A stretch of DNA of 63,837 nt, the filler included, from Reclinomonas americana ATCC 50394 (lineage: Eukaryota), in NCBI GenBank assembly GCA_048213135.1. It is 13 parts of 13 records of this genome, joined end to end, with 100 filler letters (N's around TTAATTAATTAA, not from the genome) between each part and the next. Parts side by side here need not be neighbours in the genome. Positions count along the whole stretch, not along the records: positions 54,880 to 57,920 come from AFZH01018964.1; positions 58,021 to 60,742 come from AFZH01018965.1; positions 60,843 to 62,157 come from AFZH01018966.1; positions 62,258 to 63,837 come from AFZH01018968.1; 9 more parts are not named here. One strand, 5' to 3'. Made by a program: the position numbers and the translations under genes. This document shows, piece after piece, positions 55,220 to 63,837 of the stretch. Under the pieces are notes generated by a model, which was given only the letters and a program-made list of their open reading frames with translations, was not told the origin of the DNA and did not search any database. How positions within the stretch are numbered: the stretch's first letter is position 1; each line of letters opens with the position of its first letter.

Positions 55220-55329
55220 ACGCACACACACACACACTGTTTCTGTTCTCTCGCACGACACCACAAAAAACACGCATGAAAATTCACACCTTTTTCCATA
55301 GTTTTCCTCATTGTTTTTGCGTTGTGAGA
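55194..55329. promoter_or_regulatory. Compact bidirectional promoter between ALG13 and PTPA
   Basis: Only 136 bp separate the two divergent start codons, part of it CT/CA microsatellite. Confidence 0.6.
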
Positions 55330-55576
55330 ATGTCCTCTGTGTTGCCTGACGAGAGCAGCAGTGTGTCTGTTGTTGCTGCTGCGAAAGAGGAAGTGGAACA
55401 TGTGAGTAGGTTTTTGTAAAGGGCGCGAAAATGTGTATTATTAGAGGTCGGAGAGTGCGGAGTGTGTGTGAGAGAGAGAGAGAGGAGGGAGGAGGGGGAG
55501 AGAGAGAGAGAGAGAGAGTGAGTGAGAGAGAGAGAGAGAGTGAAGGAGGGAGGAAGGGAGGGAGCAAAATCTCTCT

Positions 55577-55611
<35 letters not shown>

Positions 55612-58600
55612 GTGTCAACTTGGCAAACTGACAGTGGAGCTCTTCTTGTCTGTCACTCACAGCTCATTCCTTCTCTGCTCTCAACTTTTCCTGCATTCTC
55701 TGCACTCTCTCTCTCTCCCTCTTTGCTCCTACTTGCTGCAGTCTCCCTGTCTCTGCCACTCACTCTCTGCATTATGCATCACCCTTCGTCTGTATCCAAC
55801 TTCTCCTGCTTTCTCTGTCACTCACTGTCTCTTGCATCGATCTCTATCATTGCTCTCTGACTCCTGAACACACTCTCATTCTCGCTCTCCCTCATTGCTT
55901 CATCTGCTCCTCCGCAATCCCCTCCTGTCGTGATCACTCACTACCCCACCCTTCCCCTTCATCAGCACCACCACCACCACGGCGACTCCTGCGACCACTC
56001 TCACTCTGACCACTCTGACGACGATCACGACGACGACGCCGATGCCGTCGGTGGCTTCCGACGCCCGCGACGCGCCATCTTCACCCAGGCCGACCTGCAG
56101 TGCTTCCTCGAGTCGTCCACGTGCTCGCAGTTCCTCGAGTTCCTCGAGGCCATGGCGCGCAGTGTGCGAGGTGTGCCCGTGTCGTCGTTGGAGGTGCAGG
56201 TGTCGGAGGTGTGTGTTGCGCGAGAGAGAGATCGTGGGGAGGGGAGAGAGAGACTGAGAGATCCAGAAGAAGGCTGCTGAGGACGCACGGTCTCTCTCTC
56301 TCTCATTCTCTCTCTCTGTCTCATTCTCTCTCTCTCTCTCAGTCTCTCCCTCAGTCTCTCTCAGTCTCTCTCAGTCTCTCTCTCAGTCTCTCTAAGTCTC
56401 TCTCAGTGTCAGTCTTTCTCTCAGTCTCCTCTCAGTCTCACTCTCAGTCTCACTCTCAGTCTCACTCTCAGTCTCACTCTCAGTCTCACTCTCAGTCTCA
56501 CTCTCTCTCTCCAATCTCTCTCCGCGTTCTTTTCTCCTTGTCTCTCCTCCCTCCTCTCTCTCTCTCTCTCTCTCAGTCTCACTCTCAGAGTCTCTCTCAG
56601 TCTCTCTCTCAGTCTCACTCTCAGTCTCATTCTCTCAGTCTCACCCTCAGTCTTACTCTCTCTCCCCAGTCTCTCTCTCCGCGTTCCTTTCTCCTTGTCT
56701 CTCCCTCCCTCTCTCTCTCTCAGTCTCTCTCTCACACACACGCACACTCTCTCTCTCTCTCAGTCTCACTCTCAGTCTCACTCTCTACTTCTGCGCTTCG
56801 TCTCACTGCGCGCGATTTTGCAGCGGGTGGGCGTGATGGTTGAGTCGCTGGAGATGCTGAGCCGGTGGGTGGATGAGATCCCGCCACTGCCGAACTCGTC
56901 GCGCTACGGCAACCCGGCGTACAAGACGTGGCAGGCGCGAGTGCAGGAGGTGAGAAAGAGAGAAAGAGCGAAGGAAAGGGAGATCGTCGTTCTTGACAAG
57001 AATCAGCACACTGAGATTGCGTATGAGAGAGAGGGGATCAGTATCTCGAATGGAGAAGGTAGTACCCTCGGACACAGCATCAGAATCGCTCGTGGCAGAG
57101 AAGACAGAGCTTGAGTTAGAGCAGCGCGTTAGAGAATTGTTCTTTCTCCGTGTGATTGCGTGAGAGACAGGTTTGATGGAGAGCAAGTTTTGACTTGTCT
57201 TTGTCTGTGAGTGGGATAGAGTGAGGAAACCAGACGGTCACCGTGCACATACATGCGTACGCAAAGGAGACATGTGCAGAATGGCATGTCGCGATTACAC
57301 ATTCCAGCGAAGCAATTGTGGCCCTCCTTGTATTCACAGCAGCTGAAGATCTCTGAACATTAATTCATTCTGTCCTCGCCCGCAGCATTCACGGGAGATG
57401 ATGGCACGTCTGGTGCCGGCGGAAGCTGTGGTGGAGTTCAGCGGTGAGTGACACGGATCGATCAGAAGTTGTATTTGTTTGCAGGGCCTCCGTAACTATT
57501 GTTGCCATGCATCTCGTCCCGCCCTTTTCCATTGATCACTTTCCGTGTGGCTGTCTCTCGCCACCTCTTCTCGTCGTTTAACCCGTCCTTTCTCCACTCA
57601 TTGTCGTTCTCATGCAACCTTCCAGCGCGCATCCGATAACTGTCGCTTTCATGCTTTCTTTTTCCGCTGTCGATATCCGCAACTCTTCGCGCTCCTGTCC
57701 TCTCCTCCTCCCTCTCCTCTCCTCCTCCCTCTCCTCTCCTTCACCTTCTCCTCTCCTCTTTCTTCCTCTCCTCTCCTCTCCTCTCCTCTCCTCTCCTCTC
57801 CTCTCCTCTCCTCTCCTCTCCTCTCCTCTCACTCCCCTCTCCTCCCCTCTCACTCCCCTCTCACTCCCCTCTCACTCCTCTCTCACTCCCCTCTCCTCTC
57901 CTCTCCTCTCCTCTCCTCTCNNNNNNNNNNNNNNNNNNNNNNNNNNNNNNNNNNNNNNNNNNNNTTAATTAATTAANNNNNNNNNNNNNNNNNNNNNNNN
58001 NNNNNNNNNNNNNNNNNNNNCTCCTCTCCTCTCCTCTCCTCTCCTCTCCTCTCCTCTCCTCTCCTCTCCTCTCCTCTCCTCTCCTCTCCTCTCCTCTCTC
58101 TCCTCTCGTTCTCACTCTCCTCTCCTCTCCTCTCCTCTCCTCTCCTCTCCTCTCCTCTCCTCTCCTCTCCTCTCCTCTCCTCTCCTCTCGTTCTCACTCT
58201 CTCTATCTCCGTCTCCCTCTCCCTCTCCCTCTCCCTCTCCCTTTATCTCTTTGTCCTTCTTCCCCTCTCTATGATTCTCACCCTTTCCCCTTACGCAGGA
58301 TACTGGCTCCACAGCTTCGGCAACGCCCAGCGTGTAGACTACGGCACCGGCCACGAGGCGCACTTTGCCGTCTGGCTGTTTCGTCACATCCTACCCCCTC
58401 CTGTTCCCTTCTCCTTCTCACCCAGCCCTTCACAGCTACTGCTTCTTCAAGCAGGGTCTGGTGACGGAGGCCGACTTCGCGGCCCTCGTGCTGCGCGTAT
58501 TCGTCAGGTTTAGTGCTTGAGAGTCCTATTCCATGTTCTCCCCACACTTCTCACCGCCCGACCAGATATGTCGCCCTGATGTTCAAGCTGCAAACCACGT

Positions 58601-60275
58601 ACTGGCTGGAGCCAGCCGGCTCACACGGCGTGTGGGGCCTGGACGATTATCACTTTTTGCCGTTTTACTTTGGTGCCTCGCAGTTGATTGGTGAGAGCGA
58701 TGTGAGCATGACTTGCCTGATCGTTGAATCGCTCACCCCGTCCTCGTGCAGGTCACCGACACATCAAGCCCAAATCGATTCACTACAGCGAGATTGTCGA
58801 CGCGTTTGCGGCGGACTACATGTACTTGCAGTGCATTCACAACATCAACGAGGTGCGTGACTGGCGGGTGAGATTGCAATTAAACATCGCAGCGCTCATG
58901 CATGTCGCCAGGTCAAGACAGAGTCTCTGGTGTGGCACTCGCCGATGCTGAACGACATTAGCGCGGTGAAGTTGTGGGAAAAGGTGTGTCTGAAGTTTAG
59001 CAGTCTGAGAGACAGGCAAGGATGCACTCTGCTTTCAGCTCACGCACTCTGAAGTTAGTTTACTTCTGCTCTTCTTTTCTTTTGCTGAACATCGCGTAGA
59101 ACCCACTCGCTCCTTGAGGTCTCCACTGGCTCAGTTAGCCGCAATCTTTTGCTCTTTCACTTGATCTGTGCATGTAGACCCAGAGGTGTTTTTTTCTTAA
59201 GACCGCAGGACTCGAGTTGCACACTACGAAATCCAATGAGAAGCAGCAGTAATGTGTGTGTGTGAGACAGACAGACAGACAGACACACGAATGACAACAA
59301 GAGAGCGCGAGTGAAGAGTTAAAGAAATTGAAAGAGCAACTGAGAGACAGACGAAGGTGCAGTCAGTGAGAGAGAGAGAGGAATATCATGGTGAGTGCTC
59401 CCTGCTGTCCTGCGCTACTTCCTTTTTTGGATTCCTGCATTCCCATTCTTATTTCCTCCTTCTGTCCTCTTTAATTCTGTCCCTCCCTTCTCCCATCCCT
59501 TCTCCCTCACCTCCTTTCCCCTCTTCCCCTTCTGTCCTCTTCAATTCTGTGCCTCCGTTCTCCCATCCCTTCTCCCTCACCCCCTTCCCCTTCTTCCCCT
59601 TCAGTCCTTTTCAATTCTGTGCCTCCCTTCTCCCATCCCTTCTCCCTCGCCCCCTTTCCCCTTCTTCCCCCTCCTTCTGTCCTCTTCAATTCTGTGCCTC
59701 CCTTCTCCCATCCCTTCTCCCTCGCCCCTTTCTCTTCTTCCCCCTCCTTCTGTCCTCCTCAATTCTGTGCCTCCCTTCTCCCATCCCTTCTCCCTCACCC
59801 CCTTTCCCCTTCTTCCCCCTCCTTCTGTCCGCTTCAATTCTGTATTCATCCCCCGGCCTCCCTTCCGCCCTTCCCCCTTCTTCCCCCTCCTTCTATCCTC
59901 TTCAATTCTGTGCCTCCCTTCTCCCATCCCTTCTCCCTCACCCCCTTTCCCATTTTCCCCTCCCGCATCGGCAGGTCACCTCGGGCCTCATGAAAATGTT
60001 CCGCGCCGAGGTCCTCGGCAAGCTGCCCATCATGCAGCACTTCCTGTTCGGCTCGATCGTCTCGTTCGTGTCCACGGCCCCGGCACCCACCGACGAAGAG
60101 GTAAAAACCCGCCATCTCCGTGCCTGGCCTTGCAAACAGCACCACTCATTTCCTCTCGCCTTCACAGCTGCGAATCGCTTCCATACACCAACACGCGACG
60201 TGCTGCATCAGCCGCCTCCCATCGGCGGCTGCCGTGCGCGCGACGGGCACCAGGAAACTCATTCCATTCGATTAG
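55330..60275 (+). CDS. PTPA: Serine/threonine-protein phosphatase 2A activator (PTPA / RRD1-RRD2 family), 11 predicted exons
   Basis: Motifs [94 protein letters not shown] and C-terminal IPFD* (60275). Exons join in frame. Confidence 0.95.
56330..56790. repeat. Intronic (CTCTCAGTCTCA)-type tandem repeat in PTPA
   Basis: Directly visible. Confidence 0.85.
59456..59950. repeat. Intronic degenerate tandem repeat of about 70 bp in PTPA
   Basis: Recurring CTTCAATTCTGTGCCTCCCTTCTCCCATCCCTTCTCCCTC, 6-7 copies. Confidence 0.85.
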
Positions 60276-60584
60276 AGATAGAGACAGAGGAGAGCGGCGA
60301 AGATGAAAAAAGACATGCTTGTGAATAGATGGAGGAAAACATGCTTCATTGATCAAGCAGAGGATGGGGGCGGTTGCGGTGGCGGCCACGTGGAGCCTCC
60401 GTCGTAGTCGCTGTGATGGTGAGGTAGGAGATGAGCGAGGAGACAAAGGGGGAAGGGGCATGAACACGGAAAACTGTAAGATAAAGCAAGGAAGAGAGGG
60501 GTAGAGACAATGTGAACAAGACTGAATCTTAATTCAGCGAGAGGGGGACAGAGAGAGACGTGAAGGAGAAACCATCTCAATGCG

Positions 60585-60632
<48 letters not shown>

Positions 60633-60905
60633 GTACGTACGTACTACTACTACTACTATTACGTCGTAGGTACGTCGTACCGTACCAACTAACGTAACGT
60701 TACGTACGGTCGGACCGACGTAGGTACGGTACGGTTACGTTTNNNNNNNNNNNNNNNNNNNNNNNNNNNNNNNNNNNNNNNNNNNNTTAATTAATTAANN
60801 NNNNNNNNNNNNNNNNNNNNNNNNNNNNNNNNNNNNNNNNNNACGAGACCGACGTACGACGTACGGTAGTACGAGGTACCGACGACGTAGTAGTAGACGT
60901 AGAGA

Positions 60906-60949
<44 letters not shown>

Positions 60950-61158
60950 CGTCGTCAATCTCATTATCGTGAGTGCGTCACACAATTCGACTGGCGACAT
61001 GGGCAGTGTTCTTCGTATCGTCACTCTCTCACACGCGAGAGAGCGTGTGAGAGAGAGACAACGTAAAGAAGACTACCCATGTCGTCAATCTCATCATCGT
61101 AAGCGTGTACGCGAGAGAGAGAGAGATACAATCAAGACTGTCCATCTCGTTTATCGCA

Positions 61159-62053
61159 TCAGTGCAGGCTGAAGCCCTTGTACATCACAACGTGCTACCA
61201 CCCGCAGTCAACTCCATTTCATCAAGCTACACGTGCGTGTTCTCTGCTATCAGTAATTCTGTTCTTTCATCTCCTCTCACTCACTTCTTCTCGCTATCCA
61301 CTCATGCCTCACTCGAAACACTTGTCATTCTCACATAAATCTCGCACAAAAACGGTCTGCCTACCCTCATCATGCCTCCTAATCTGTCACCCACGCCAGC
61401 AACTCTTTACAATCCACCACTCGTCAACGCTTCCCAATGAATCGTCTCCATGAGAGAGTTCTCTCGTAGCTGTCTCTTTCCCAACAACCCCCTTTCCCCT
61501 CCTCCCCCTCCCCCTCCCCCCTCCTCCCCCTTCCTCCGCTGCTACGCAACTCCACATGCAACGTCCCCGACGACGGCAACTGCGCACTGCCGGGAGGCTG
61601 CGGAGGCGAAATTTTGATCTCTTCGCTGAGGCAGTGGGAAGCACGACCACGTAAGTCCCGACCAATGACGAAAACAAGCGCAAGTCAATGACCACCAACC
61701 TCGGCTTGCACTCCGCGTCGTGGTCGTCCACTCTGCAGCTCCAATAAGCCACACGATAAAGACAGCAGACGAGAGTGGCAGACGCAACTGCTTCACAGGT
61801 GAATAGTACAAGGCTCGCGGTCGGGAATCCTCGCCACCGCACAAGCAGTTGTCTTCCAAATACGCTCTGCCGCAGCAATAGGTGAATGAGAACGGGTAGA
61901 GCAGCAAGGAAACCTCCTCTCTGATTCTCTTGCCAAGAAAACCCACACTAAGTGTACATTTCCCCAACGACGATCCGAGTCAGAAATACGATGAATGCCG
62001 AAAACGCCTCCTTGCTCTTTCTCTTTGCACTCCAACCGATCTCTTTCTTTCTG

Positions 62054-62102
<49 letters not shown>

Positions 62103-63445
62103 TTCTTCTTTCTTTCTTCTTCTCTCTTCTTCTTATTCTCTTCTTTCTCTCTCTTACNNNNNNNNNNNNNNNNNNNNNNNNNNNNNNNNNNNNNNNNNNN
62201 NTTAATTAATTAANNNNNNNNNNNNNNNNNNNNNNNNNNNNNNNNNNNNNNNNNNNNGGAGGAGGAGGAGGAGGAGGAGGAGGAGGAGGTGGTGGTGGTG
62301 GTGGTGGTGGTGGTGGTGGTGGTGGTGGTGAAGGAGGAGGAGGAAGAGGACAAGGAGACGAAGGACCAGGAGGAACTGGAGGAGCAGGAGATGGAAGTAA
62401 TGCTTGGTTACATCGAGGACAAACGGAGACGGATGCACGACGCGGTGGCTGTGAAGGAGGCAAGCGGAGAAAGGAAGCAGAGGGCAAAATAGGCATAGAG
62501 AGCGAGTGAGAGAGAGAGAGAAAGGGGGAGGCGGAGAAGAGGAAGCGAAGAGAAGAGACAAAAGAGACGAGGCACAGAGTTATCGGGGCACATAGAGCGA
62601 CGTACAAGGCAAATGCGCGGAATCTGGCAAGTAGTCGAAGGCGGCAGAGGGAAGGGAGTGCAGAGAGAGAGAGCAAGTGAGAGAGAAATGGAGAGTGGAG
62701 CAAAAGGGGAGAGGAAAAACTGCGAACGGAGAGGCACACGGCACGGCAAGATGACATGACGTGAAAGAGACAGGAGGGGAGAGAGAGAGAAGGGGGCGTG
62801 AGAGAGAGAGAGAGCAAGTGAGAGAGAGAGAAAGAGATGGAGAGAAAGAAGCAGCGGGACAGGCAGAGCGTGCGAGTGCAAGTCAGAGATAGCCTCGGAG
62901 ATGAGGTCGACGAGAAAGAGAAGAGAGCAAAGAGAATTAGAACCTGACACTCACACTAGAGGAAAGATGCGGCACTCTAGCAACAAAACACGCTCAGACA
63001 CAGACAACAGCGACAGACACGTGGAGGTTCCATGAGCGGGAAAAATGAAATGAGTCACATTTCCCTTCTCTCTCTCTCTCTTCCTCCCACACACCTTGTC
63101 GCCCACCGCCCGCCTCTTAAACGGCGGCGGCTCAACGCCCTCCATTCCCACGTCATCATCATCATTATCCGCCTCGCGCGTTTCGCGCCTTTTTACCACC
63201 GACAAGATCTCCACGTCATCGCCATCATCCTCCGCTACCATCTTGCACTGCGCGGTCGATGTCGACTCGGTGCGCGTCACAAACACCACCGCGCCATTGT
63301 CGTAAAAGTCGTCATCGTCGTCGTTGTCAAAGTCAAGCTCGAATGAGGAGGAGGCGGAGTCGGAGTCTGCGTCGGAGTCTTCTTCTTCTTCATCGTCGTC
63401 GTCGTCAAGTGTGAGGTCGATGATGGCGTCGTCTGCGCTGGCCAT
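61159..63445 (-). CDS. Hypothetical protein with an acidic N-terminus carrying SUMO-interacting-motif-like segments
   Basis: Exon 1 MASADDAIIDLTLDDDDDEEEE..VVFV..DDVEILSVVKRR..PPFKRR..GDK|GT. After gap 62158-62257, phase-consistent exons give EAFSAFIVFLTRIVVGEIAYLEDNCLCGGEDSRPRALYYSPVKQVDDHDAECKPSEEIKISPPQPP..LHVDYERTLSWRRFIGKR. The 3' end is uncertain (stop at 61424 or 61159). Confidence 0.55.
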
Positions 63446-63837
63446 TTGTGTGTGTGTGTGTGTGTGTGTGAGTTTGTGATGGACAGTTGAGGCGCGCGAG
63501 CATCCGCGAAGTTGGAGTGGAATGGATGGAATTGAAGGTGGATTCGCGAGCAACAACAACAACAACAACTTTACTAATCCAAACAGCAACACAGCTGCAT
63601 GATGATCACCATCTCGAGTGAGCACCAGAAACTCAGACATCACGAAAAAAAGCGAGAAAAAGCGAATTTGGTGGGGGGTGTGATGGAGGAGAAGGTACGG
63701 AGATGCGTGGGTAGGAGCTGTAGTGCAAGTGCTGCAGATGAGGAAAAACGCAATGGCACGCAAAATATCAAATACCGGAATTCGAACAGCAGCAGCACCT
63801 TTTTTACAGCAAACAAAAACAAAAACTTTTAATTCAA

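Noticed and set aside
60631..60900. TACG/ACGT-rich sequence next to gaps (also 30920-31030, 44090-44141, 45721-45830)
   Set aside because: Occurs only at contig ends after microsatellites; resembles low-quality pyrosequencing read tails.
61820..61860. Chromodomain-like LLVRWRGFP
   Set aside because: It is in a different frame from the one consistent with the phases of the flanking exons.

Overview
Intron-rich, microsatellite-rich nuclear DNA from a eukaryote, most likely a flagellated protist (taxon not assignable from this window). It is a draft assembly with twelve 100-nt gaps (N-run + TTAATTAATTAA + N-run). By hand-splicing GT-AG introns I reconstruct seven genes: (1) a giant Pmp-like beta-helix / Cys-rich / multipass membrane protein; (2) a type I membrane protein with two tandem bacterial-type putative glycoside hydrolase domains (the first apparently degenerate), an EGF module and an HFT motif; (3) a poly-calflagin (FCaBP-like EF-hand) protein with at least 6 complete repeats plus a coiled-coil tail; (4) a micro-exon-rich orphan gene; (5) ALG13; (6) PTPA; (7) an acidic protein with SIM-like motifs. 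The most unusual signals are a recurrent 5' splice-site class GTTGCG(T), the poly-calflagin gene, the tandem GH surface protein, a run of 18 symmetric phase-0 exons, and an E2F/CHR-like motif cluster in a divergent promoter. All gene models are by-eye predictions without transcript support.
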